A stretch of 64,000 nt of DNA from an uncultured cyanobacterium (GTDB taxonomy: Bacteria > Cyanobacteriota > Cyanobacteriia > Cyanobacteriales > CAWCAG01): NCBI GenBank assembly GCA_963803805.1, contig CAWDOD010000011.1, forward strand, positions 544,001-608,000, in the 5' to 3' direction. Positions 20,301 through 29,403 of this stretch are shown here, one piece after another. Position 1 is the stretch's first letter; the number at the start of each line of letters is the position of its first letter. The notes beneath the pieces were generated by a model that ran no database searches, was not told where the DNA came from, and saw only the letters and a list, made by a program, of their open reading frames with translations. The position numbers were made by a program, and so were the translations under genes.

Positions 20301-22539
20301 CATAGAATGCCCTATGCAACGATATTAAAGTAAACATCTTGGCATCAAAAATTTTCCAGGGGGCAAGCTTAAGGAATTTGCCTGCTTTTATGTAAGTTAT
20401 CGTTCTATCTATCCCATCTTGTGAAGCTTGAAGAGATAGTGTTGCTGCAAAGCCGTTTAAAGCTGCTGTTGCTGCCACAAATGCAATTCCTGCTATGCCA
20501 GTTGCTACTAAACCCAATCCTATTAATGATCTACGGGCTGTCTTCAACTGCTTCTTAAGAGCATCATTGTATCTTGCTTCCGCAATCCTTCTTTGTTCCC
20601 TTTCCTTCTCTAATTCTTTGATCCATTTTTCTGACTGTAGCTGACGGACGAAAGGTACTAAGTAATCATGAACTAACTGATATCTATCGGATGGATTTGC
20701 AGGAACTCTCAAAACCATTCCTGATTGAACTAAAATATCTAAAACTAAATCAAAAGTTTCTTCTTTTCCTTTGAAATCAGGCTCTAAAATTGTACGAGTC
20801 TTTAAAGGACGGGTATTATTTTCATCAGTTAATAAATACAACACTAACTTAGTTACTTGCTCATTTCCTTTGCCACAATCTTTGACAACATCATCTAAAA
20901 ACCTATTTACCAACTGCTCCTTAGAACCCAGTTCCTCATACTTCGCCAATTGAGTTATGTTTTCTGCTTGTAATTGCGCCCCTACGACTTGTAACTCAAT
21001 CGGACTAACTTCCCCTAAATCACTAGCTAAATCTTTTACCAAAACATCTAATAATTCAGGTTCTAAGTTAAACTGAGTTTTAGCAGTAAGGTTTTCAATT
21101 ACCAACTTTGCTTCTACTTGAGAGAAGTTACCTAAATAACAGAGAATGTTTTTATTGAGAATGTCGTTATTAGCAACATCTAAACTAACTATGCGGTTGT
21201 TGCACTCCAATAAATAAAAAAGATAGTCTTCTCGCAAAGAGAGAATGATTTTAGTAAAAGGAATATTTAAACAGTCTTGCAGAAACTTATAAAAAACTTT
21301 CCTTTGCTTTGGTTCTTTGTAAACGAAGAAAAACTCTTCAAACTGGTCAAAGATAATTACAGTTAGTAAGTTGCTGTAGCTGTTTTCCCTTAATTGAGCC
21401 AAAATTGTTGCTAGGGAATCAAGATTTTTCTTCTGATTTTGTTGAAAAACAGTTTGTTGTAAGCAGCGTCCTAATTCTTTAACCCAACCTGCATAAACAC
21501 GCTGCAAAACAGGTAAAACTTGCCTTGCTTCTATTCTTTTTTGCTGCAAAGCTGGGATTAAGCCTGCTTCAATTAAGGAACTTTTTCCTACTCCCGACTG
21601 ACCATGAATAATTGTTAGTCTGTAATCACTACGTTCAACTCTTGCTACTAATTTATTAACATCCTGTTCCCTTCCCGAAGCTTTAATTTCTAAAGATATT
21701 TCTCCGGGGATAACAGGAGGTAAAGCAGGATTAGTAACCAACTGTTTTGCTTTTAACCGACTTGCACCAGTGAAGGCACGGAAACCAAACTGAGTTTCTC
21801 TGGTTTGTTGTTCTTGCTTAAGTTCAAAAGCTGTGAGATACTCCCCTTGTTGGAAATAAATTTGCCATAAGGTACTTAAAATATTAATGTAAAGTGCCGG
21901 ATCATAGCGAGGTTTGGTTGTCTCTTTTGCAGTTAATAAGGTTTCCTTTGCTGTTGTTTTTTCTCCTAATTGCTGTTGGGCTTTCCCTAAAGAAAAAAGA
22001 TACCAACCTTGATGAAAGTGGCGTTCCCATTCTAAGGAAGTAGCTGTATCTTCTTGCTTTTCTTGTAAAGCTTTTTCTTCAGCCTGGGCAAATAAATTTA
22101 AAGCTTGTTGAGACTGTTGTCGTGCTTTTTCTGGTGCAGATTTAGCTAAAGCAACTTCTGCCAGAAAACCATACATTCTTGCTTGGCGAAACGGGCTTGT
22201 TTTAATCTGCTCTAACTGCAAAGCTTCTTTAGCAATCCTTTCTAACTCTTGCCACTGCTCTAACCGATGTAATACTTCTGCTAAATAACTAATATACTTG
22301 CTAACAAAATCCTGACGATCAGCATCTTTGAAAGTCGCGATCGCTTGCTGAAAATACTTCCTTGCTTGTTGGCAAGCTTCCTCATATTCGCGACGTTGCT
22401 GTAGTGCATAACTGCGCCACCACAAACCCAAGTGTAAGTAAACAATTCCTTTTTTAACTTGGTTGCCAGTTACGGGATATAAAGCTAAACTACGTTTGTA
22501 ATGCTGCCTTGCTTCTGCTTGGTTATTTGTCCATCTACC
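17389..22539 (-). pseudogene. TPR - STAND (nSTAND1-like) NTPase - TM - WD40 protein, 5' end cut by IS
   Basis: GQSGVGKSSL, IIFDQFEEFF, LSLREDYL, YQLVHDYL, hydrophobic helix, many WD40 repeats; the predicted start lies in the IS. Confidence 0.88.
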
Positions 22540-23867
22540 CTGGTTGACTGACAAAAGATGGTAGGGAGAGAGGAAACGGAAGAAAGAGAAAGAGATTGAG
22601 GGAGTTGACAAAGAGGAGGGGAGCCTCCGATTGTGAAAGAGAAGAAACCACTCAAATCTTTCGCAATACGATGAAAAAGAACTCCCCTCTTTACAGTGCC
22701 TTGAAATCATGGCTGGGTCAAGGTAGTAATTGGAAACATCAAACACATCTAAAAACTTGCATCTGGATAATATTTGCCTTAGTCCATACAGGTAGCGTGA
22801 ATCTAACTAAATGGTCTGTTTATATACCTTGTCGAGGGTTATATGCTCAAAGTAAGCAAAGGCGTGTTCAAAGATGGTTGAATAATCCTCGAATCAATAT
22901 ACATAGGCTCTATAAACCTCTAATCACAGCAGCACTAGCTGACTGGGAAGAGCAGAAAATGTATTTGGGATTGGATACATCAATGTTTTGGGAAGAATAC
23001 TGCTTGGTGCGCTTATGTGTCATTCATCGGGGGAGAGCATTACCAATCGTGTGGCGAGTGATGAAACACAAAAGTGCGAGTGTGTCTTTCCAAGATTATC
23101 AAGAAATACTTCAACAAGCAAAGACAAGATTACCGGCAGGGTTAAAGGTAATACTCTTGGCAGATAGAGGATTTGTTCATAGTGAGTTGATGGAAATGTT
23201 AACCAACCAACTGGGATGGCATTACCGAATCAGGCTCAAAAGTAATAGCTGGATATTTCGAGGAGGTAAAGGTTGGTGTCAACTCAAGCATTTCCACTTT
23301 AATCGAGGAGAGGCACTTTGTTTACATCATGTCAGGCTATATAAACACTCCCAATCCCAACTAATCAATGTCATTGTGGGTCGTAATAACGTTAATGGCG
23401 AGTTTTGGGCTATCGTCAGTGATGAAAAAACAACTCTACAGACTTTTGCTGAATATGGGTTACGCTTTGATATTGAAGAAAACTTTCTTGATGACCAGTC
23501 TCAAGCATGGAATATTCAACGCTCATCAATCAGAAATGTCTGTGCCTTGTCCAGGTTATTTTTTATTTTAGCTGTGGCTACCCTCTATCTCAGCGCACAA
23601 GGGGTTGAGGTTGTCGAGTCCCGAAAGCGAAGATGGGTTGATACTCATTGGTTTCGTGGCAACAGCTATCTTCGTATTGGTTGGGATTGGGTTAAAGGAG
23701 CATTAATTCAAGGATGGAAACTTATTGATAGGGTTTGCTTTAGGACAAACCAAGACCCCTCACCTGCTATGGCTTCACGAAAGCAGCACCAAAAACGACT
23801 CTATCAATTTGAGTTCCAGGTGCAGACTTACTCTTATCCAACAACATAAGTTTTGTCAGTCAACCAG
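22540..23867 (+). mobile_element. IS4-family insertion sequence, copy 2 (1328 bp, inverted relative to copy 1)
   Basis: Same 17-bp terminal inverted repeats; identical transposase. Confidence 0.95.
22596..23849 (+). CDS. IS4-family DDE transposase (likely ATG at 22671)
   Basis: Identical protein to 5916-7169. Confidence 0.92.
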   Translation: MRELTKRRGASDCEREETTQIFRNTMKKNSPLYSALKSWLGQGSNWKHQTHLKTCIWIIFALVHTGSVNLTKWSVYIPCRGLYAQSKQRRVQRWLNNPRINIHRLYKPLITAALADWEEQKMYLGLDTSMFWEEYCLVRLCVIHRGRALPIVWRVMKHKSASVSFQDYQEILQQAKTRLPAGLKVILLADRGFVHSELMEMLTNQLGWHYRIRLKSNSWIFRGGKGWCQLKHFHFNRGEALCLHHVRLYKHSQSQLINVIVGRNNVNGEFWAIVSDEKTTLQTFAEYGLRFDIEENFLDDQSQAWNIQRSSIRNVCALSRLFFILAVATLYLSAQGVEVVESRKRRWVDTHWFRGNSYLRIGWDWVKGALIQGWKLIDRVCFRTNQDPSPAMASRKQHQKRLYQFEFQVQTYSYPTT

Positions 23868-24055
23868 TCTTGCACCATTGACTTACGACCCTCAGAATCT
23901 GGCTTCTTTTCCAATTTGTCAACAGCATCAACTAGATCGCTTTCTGAGCCAAACTTTTTCTTTAAAGCAGATTTAAGAGCATTGTAACTGTCTTTGATAG
24001 CATCTTTACTAAGGGCCGCTAGAGCAGCCACAATTGCTGTAGTTATGGGGTCCAC
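23868..24055 (-). pseudogene. Small helical protein or N-terminal domain (MDPITTAIVAAL...) truncated by IS
   Basis: GTG start; reading frame runs into the IS end. Confidence 0.7.
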
Positions 24056-24157
24056 GTTGAGCCTCAACCGTTTACTAAATTTGGCAACAAAGTTATTTTA
24101 GATAATATTATAAATACCTTGCCACTTTGTGAAATTACTGATCTTCTTTAGGGAAGT

Positions 24158-24226
24158 GGTGCGTTACGCAGGAGAAAAAATTAGGGAATTTTCGATAGGT
24201 ATTATTTGCCTGCTAACACACCCTAC
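24158..24226 (-). repeat. GTAG-type REP doublet
   Basis: GTAGGGTGTGTTAGCAGG ... CCTGCGTAACGCACC inverted arms. Confidence 0.7.
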
Positions 24227-24376
24227 TGGACTTTTGGATTATAGCGGAGAAGAAGCGCGAATCCATCTTCTAAGAATAGGGTTTTAGACCTTTTTTTATT
24301 TTGATAAATTTAGCTACAGTTTGCGATCGCCTCTTTTGGCAGTCTATAAAAGTATTAGATTGTTCCTAAGCAACTA

Positions 24377-25492
24377 ATGAATCAACATCATATCGAAGTC
24401 AAAGTTTCTGCACCCACTTTCGCCCATAATATTCGTAATCTGCGCGCCAAAGTTGCTCCTTCCCTGATTTGTGTTGTCATGAAGGCTAACGCCTATGGAC
24501 ATGGTTTGCAGGCATTAGCACCCACAGCCGTTGCAGCAGGGGCTGATTATTTAGGTATTTGCACCAACCCCGAAGCGGCGATTATTCGAGATTTAGGGTT
24601 GAATGTGAAGGTTATGCGCCTACGTATGGGCTTTCCCCAAGAATATGAAGAATCACTCTCTAGCTTGGATATAGAAGAACAAGTGGGTTCCTGGGATGCT
24701 GCAACTTACCTAGCCGATGCCGGGGTGAAACGGGGTAAAAAGGTTCGAGTTCATTTAAACATTGATACAGGTATGGGGCGTAGTGGTTTTTTCTCAACAG
24801 AGGTGGAAACCATTAAAAGAATCTGTTCCCTACCCGGCATAGAAGTTGTAGGAATTATGACTCACTTCGCCACTGCTGATGGTGAGAATCTCGATTTTAC
24901 TACCCAGCAAATGGAAGACTTTTATAAGTTACGAGAAGCTTTGGATGATTGTTTACCTGATGGTGTCTTAACCCACACCCACAACAGTGCTGCAACGGTA
25001 CGCTTAACCCCAAAATGCAATAGTTTGGTGAGGATTGGGGCTGCTTGTTATGGGGTACGAACTTCCCAAGATTTTACCAATCCCCCAGAACTAAAACCAG
25101 TTATGTCTGTGAAAACCAAAGTAGCCCAAGTAAGGAAAGTTCCCGCCGGGCGTACTATTGGTTACGGCAGTTTATTTACAACGAAGCGCGATAGTTTAAT
25201 TGCTTCTTTACCTGTAGGTTTTGGTGAAGGTTATCCGCGATCGCTATTTAACAAAGGTATTGTTTTAATTAAGGGCTATCGCTGCCCGGTGGTAGGTAGA
25301 GTTTCTTTGAACATTACCACGGTGGATGTAACCGATGTTCCCCAAGAGGTGCAATGGGGAGATGAGGTAGTCTTGGTGGGTTGCCAAGGCAAAGAAGAAA
25401 TTACTTTCGAGGAACTAGCAGATAAGTTTGCTAGCGTTCATACAGAAATCAACTTAATGGCTGGTTTTATGAATGAGGTTAGTTATGTTTAG
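24377..25492 (+). CDS. Alanine-racemase-family PLP enzyme (divergent)
   Basis: VMKANAYGHG, IDTGMGRSG, MTHFA, IGYG, VVGRVS motifs. Confidence 0.88.
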   Translation: MNQHHIEVKVSAPTFAHNIRNLRAKVAPSLICVVMKANAYGHGLQALAPTAVAAGADYLGICTNPEAAIIRDLGLNVKVMRLRMGFPQEYEESLSSLDIEEQVGSWDAATYLADAGVKRGKKVRVHLNIDTGMGRSGFFSTEVETIKRICSLPGIEVVGIMTHFATADGENLDFTTQQMEDFYKLREALDDCLPDGVLTHTHNSAATVRLTPKCNSLVRIGAACYGVRTSQDFTNPPELKPVMSVKTKVAQVRKVPAGRTIGYGSLFTTKRDSLIASLPVGFGEGYPRSLFNKGIVLIKGYRCPVVGRVSLNITTVDVTDVPQEVQWGDEVVLVGCQGKEEITFEELADKFASVHTEINLMAGFMNEVSYV

Positions 25493-25591
25493 GAAATAGC
25501 GTCTGGCAAAAGTAATAAGTAATAAGTCTAAGTTTGAACTAGATATTATTACTTGTTACCTAAGATTTAAACTGAGTTTAAATCTTTATAC

Positions 25592-25768
25592 TTAACATCT
25601 TAAGAGTTTGAACTTAGTCAATCTATGGGAAGAGATTTCACTTTCATCATCAGACATTACTGTTGATAAATTGGGCATTTTTTCACGGCAATGAGAGCAA
25701 AACCAATAAACATTACTATGGGCAATATGACGTAGCATTAAGCGGGAGCAACAAGGACACTTGTTCAT
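25592..25768 (-). CDS. 58-aa Zn-ribbon microprotein (not in ORF track)
   Basis: MNKCPCCSRLMLRHIAHSNVYWFCSHCREKMPNL...; CPCC...WFCxxC pattern. Confidence 0.8.
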   Translation of the reverse strand: MNKCPCCSRLMLRHIAHSNVYWFCSHCREKMPNLSTVMSDDESEISSHRLTKFKLLRC

Positions 25769-25829
25769 GATTTTTAGGTAAAATAAAGTTTGTAAAAAAA
25801 GCGATTAAATTGGATGGGGCAACAATCTA

Positions 25830-26129
25830 TCAATCTAACAATCGTTCTTTGTTATTGGTATGTCGTGTTTTTGGGAATCCACTTTTCTTCACCTTTCTAG
25901 TTTTCCATTCACTTTTTAGCTTTTGGGTACAATAACTAGAAAATTCCCTAAATTCTTTCAATGAATATTGATTTTTCCAACCACAAGCAAGACAATCAAA
26001 TCCGAATTGCCGATTTACTGCCAATTCGCGATATTTAATTTTTTTAGAAGAACAGTAAGGACAGCAACCTCCTAATACAAAATGCTGTAACTCTTCTTGA
26101 TAGTTTTTTTTCTGAATTTTATTGTCAAA
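25830..26129 (-). CDS. Small Zn-ribbon protein, start unresolved
   Basis: Frame stays open upstream of the called start and adds CCPYC to pair with CLAC. Confidence 0.55.
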   Translation of the reverse strand, partial: FDNKIQKKNYQEELQHFVLGGCCPYCSSKKIKYRELAVNRQFGFDCLACGWKNQYSLKEFREFSSYCTQKLKSEWKTRKVKKSGFPKTRHTNNKERLLD

Positions 26130-26226
26130 TTACTTGGTTAATTAAACTAATGATTACACAACCATTCTTGCTTTGTCTGTACAATAATGCACTCTACTGA
26201 TTACTGATTACTGATTGCTGACTTAC

Positions 26227-26973
26227 TCATCCTCGCCTCGAACCTAATAAGCGGATAAACTCACTTTGCACCAAGCGATAACATTCACAGGCAGTTGCTT
26301 CTAAGTCTTCTTGATTGAGGATCTTAATTATACCACGGTGATAGGATATCATTCCTGCTTGTTGAAGGGTTCCTGCTGCCACCGTTACACCGGAACGACG
26401 TATACCTAGCATATTGGCAATAAATTCTTGAGTGAGGGGTAACTCGTTTTTGAGTACACAATCTTGAACAGATAGTAACCAACGAGCCAGTCGTTCTTCA
26501 ATGGTATGCTGACGATTACAGGCTGCACTTTGAGAAACTTGAGTTAATAAGGCTTGGGTGTAAAGTAGCAATAGCTTTTGCAGTTTTTCACCCCGATTAA
26601 ATTCTTGCTGAACAATATGGGTAGGGAGTTTCACCGCTGTACCAGCAATTTGTACAATGGAACGACTAGTAGTGCCACCACCTCCCAAAACAGCAGAAAG
26701 CCCAATCATACCTTCATTACCAATTAAACCAATTTCAGTAGTTGAACCATCCATCATAATTGAAACCAGAGAAATCATCGCTTGTTGAGGAAAATAGACT
26801 TCTTTAACTGGTTCATTGGGTTCAAGGAGAACTTTACCGAGGGGAAGTAAGACAAACTGTAAATGAGGGGCTAGACGCTGATAGTCTGTTTCTGATAAAG
26901 CTGCTAATATCTGATTAATTGGCCTTGTAATTTTCTCAGACTTGTCTATTTCGTCGGGCATCTGGAAGTACAT
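26227..26973 (-). CDS. Crp/Fnr-family transcriptional regulator
   Basis: cNMP-like domain, RLARWLL, LTQEFIANMLGIRRSGVT HTH, ACECY tail. Confidence 0.93.
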   Translation of the reverse strand: MYFQMPDEIDKSEKITRPINQILAALSETDYQRLAPHLQFVLLPLGKVLLEPNEPVKEVYFPQQAMISLVSIMMDGSTTEIGLIGNEGMIGLSAVLGGGGTTSRSIVQIAGTAVKLPTHIVQQEFNRGEKLQKLLLLYTQALLTQVSQSAACNRQHTIEERLARWLLSVQDCVLKNELPLTQEFIANMLGIRRSGVTVAAGTLQQAGMISYHRGIIKILNQEDLEATACECYRLVQSEFIRLLGSRRG

Positions 26974-27162
26974 AAGTCTTGATTAATTGGGTTGAAGTAC
27001 AAAAAATAACCCTAGTGCTTATGTCCAGATTAAGTTAAAGAATAGCTTTATTAACTGGATAGTTGTTAATTATCTAATTACTGAACTATTGACCAATTAA
27101 TTCAAAATTGACAGGCTACTAGTTATTTTGTTTAAAAAATTATACCGAAGTACAACCCCTTG

Positions 27163-27220
27163 CTTCAGTACGTTACCGTACATCAAGTTTTATTTTCTAC
27201 TTCAGTACGTTATCGTACAT
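27163..27220. promoter_or_regulatory. Two 21-bp direct repeats, each with a GTACG-N4-CGTAC palindrome
   Basis: CTTCAGTACGTTACCGTACAT (27163-27183) and CTTCAGTACGTTATCGTACAT (27200-27220). Confidence 0.75.
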
Positions 27221-27244
27221 AAATTTTAACTTATTCCAATTCTT

Positions 27245-27961
27245 TTAAAGCAGTTTGGTCTTCAGCAAACGCTTGTACTCAGATTTAATTGTGCCGTAAC
27301 ATTCACAGGCCATGTCTTCCAAGCTAGGGCGATTGATGATAATAATGTTACCGCGACTGTATCGGATCATTCCTTGCTTCTGGAAGGAGATAGCTATTTC
27401 AGTAACGCTAGCACGGCGTACTCCCAACATCAGAGCAATAAATTTTTGTGTTAAAGGCAAAGTATCTTCTTGCAGGGAGTCGTGAACTAATAATAGCCAG
27501 CGCGCAAATCGTTTTTCGATGCTATGGTGAGATCGACAAGCAGCAATCTGGGAAACTTGACTAAATTGTGCTTGGGTATAAAGTAGCAATAACTTTTGTA
27601 GTTCTTTCCCTCTTTGAAACTCCACTTTAATTACCTCCGCAGGAAGTTTCCAAGCAGTACCAGGAATTTGCACAATTGTGCGAGTTGTAGTTGAATTTCC
27701 ACCCCAAATAGCAGTTAATCCTACCATGCCTTCATTGCCCACCGAGGCAATTTCGGTGGTAGATTGATTAGATAGCACTAAAACCAGAGAAAATATGGCA
27801 TCTTGGGGAAAGTAAACCTCTGTAATCGTTTCGCTAGATTCGTGTACAACTTGCCCCCTATTCAGGGAAATCTTTTCTAAGTCGGGTAATAGATGCTGGT
27901 AAGTAGAGGCAAATAAACTAGCTAGTAGTTGATTATTCAGAGCAAAAACCGCGTTAAGCAT
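27245..27961 (-). CDS. Crp/Fnr-family transcriptional regulator (paralogue)
   Basis: Same architecture; HTH MLGVRRASVT. Confidence 0.93.
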   Translation of the reverse strand: MLNAVFALNNQLLASLFASTYQHLLPDLEKISLNRGQVVHESSETITEVYFPQDAIFSLVLVLSNQSTTEIASVGNEGMVGLTAIWGGNSTTTRTIVQIPGTAWKLPAEVIKVEFQRGKELQKLLLLYTQAQFSQVSQIAACRSHHSIEKRFARWLLLVHDSLQEDTLPLTQKFIALMLGVRRASVTEIAISFQKQGMIRYSRGNIIIINRPSLEDMACECYGTIKSEYKRLLKTKLL

Positions 27962-28215
27962 AAATTTGTTAGTCTCCTAATGCTATTTTGTTATTAGCCC
28001 AAAAAAGCTAAGCATTAAGAAAAAATATCGACAATAATAACCCAATGTCAGGCAAAATTTGCTTTAGGAATAGTGGAGAAATATTATTATTGCTAAGATA
28101 GCTAACTTCACTATATAGTCATCTTAAAGCTATTTGAGTAAACTATTGCAAATTTACTAAATTTGTCTATCTTTTATTATCTAAATAGCACTTAAGTTTG
28201 TACTCTTGTAAATAA

Positions 28216-28231
28216 AGTACATAATCGTACA
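28216..28231. promoter_or_regulatory. Related operator-like site AGTACATAATCGTACA
   Basis: Same AGTAC-N6-GTACA spacing as the 27163/27200 sites. Confidence 0.55.
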
Positions 28232-28270
28232 GACAAAAATTATCTGATCCCAATTTTTTTGATAGTTTAA

Positions 28271-29257
28271 TTAATTAGCTTCCTGGGGAGAAATCACATA
28301 TTCAGAAGGAACTGCTTCTGCCTTACCAGCTTCTACTAAAGCTTGGTAAATCATCGCTGCTACTTCTGCGCGAGTTGCTGCTTGTTCTGGTTTTAGCAAG
28401 TTGGGATCGGGATGATTAACCACTAAACCATTTTCTGTTGCCGCAGCAACTTGATTTGTTGCCCATTGTGGGAGTTGATTTTTATCTTGAAAAATATCTA
28501 AAGTTTTAGCTGGTTCTGAAGGGGGTTGTAAAGTAAAACCAGAAGCTAAGGCGACAAGAACTTGGTAGCGGGGTATTTCTTGTTGGGGGCGAAAAGTATT
28601 TTGAGGATAACCTTTCAAAAAGCCAGTCTTTACTGATTTAGCTATTTGAGTAAAAGAGTCATTTTGGGTAGTAACATCTTCAAATTGAACTTCAGCAATT
28701 GCTTCGGCTTCATCACCAAATGCCCTAGATAATTGGATAGCAAATTCTTCCCTAGTTACAGGTTGATCGGGATAAAAATTACCGTCTTCTGCTCCTTTAA
28801 CAATATTTTCTTCCGCAACTTTTTCAATAAAAGGATAAGCCCAATAATCTAAAGGAACATCAGGAAATCTTAATTTTTTCTCAGTATCTTCTGGTGCAGT
28901 TTGTTGGGCTGTTGCTTCCTCTTCTCTTACTAAAGGAGGAAGCATATATAAGCTTTCTGGTCTATTTCCTACGGCTTTTTTTTCTCCTTCAGCATCTACT
29001 TTAGGAACTACAGTTTTTTTAGGTTCTTCAATAACTTGAGACTCTTCTTCCCCCCCTGGAACTTCCTCAATCCCCGGTTTAATTGCAATTACGGGAGTAT
29101 CGTTATTAAAAAATTTATTGAGGAACCTAAACCTACTACCATTTCTCGTTAAGCCCCAAAAAAGCAAAGCACCAACAGTTAAAAATGCGACGATAATTGC
29201 AATTAATTCATCTAAGCTTAGTCTTCTTCTCGGAGATGGAGGTGGGGAGTTAGTCAT
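28271..29257 (-). CDS. S-layer homology (SLH) domain protein with N-terminal TM
   Basis: FPDVP..YWA, TREEFA, ATRAEVAAM. Confidence 0.9.
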   Translation of the reverse strand: MTNSPPPSPRRRLSLDELIAIIVAFLTVGALLFWGLTRNGSRFRFLNKFFNNDTPVIAIKPGIEEVPGGEEESQVIEEPKKTVVPKVDAEGEKKAVGNRPESLYMLPPLVREEEATAQQTAPEDTEKKLRFPDVPLDYWAYPFIEKVAEENIVKGAEDGNFYPDQPVTREEFAIQLSRAFGDEAEAIAEVQFEDVTTQNDSFTQIAKSVKTGFLKGYPQNTFRPQQEIPRYQVLVALASGFTLQPPSEPAKTLDIFQDKNQLPQWATNQVAAATENGLVVNHPDPNLLKPEQAATRAEVAAMIYQALVEAGKAEAVPSEYVISPQEAN

Positions 29258-29403
29258 AAGTAATAAGTCATAAGTAATAAGTAATAAGTAAAGAATATAC
29301 TTATTACTGCTAGAGAGTCAGCATACGTCTTTTGAAGTTTAATTTCAAGTTTGGGCAATACCAATCTTAATTAAAAACTAGCCATTAGCCATTAGCAAAT
29401 ATA

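Noticed and set aside
7226-22539. Diversity-generating retroelement acting on WD40 or TPR repeats
   Set aside because: No reverse transcriptase in the window; mismatches between 8748-8802 and 9616-9670 are not adenine-specific
27163-27220. Possible mini-CRISPR or LexA boxes
   Set aside because: Only two 21-bp repeats with a 16-bp spacer and no cas genes; 6-nt spacing does not fit the cyanobacterial LexA box
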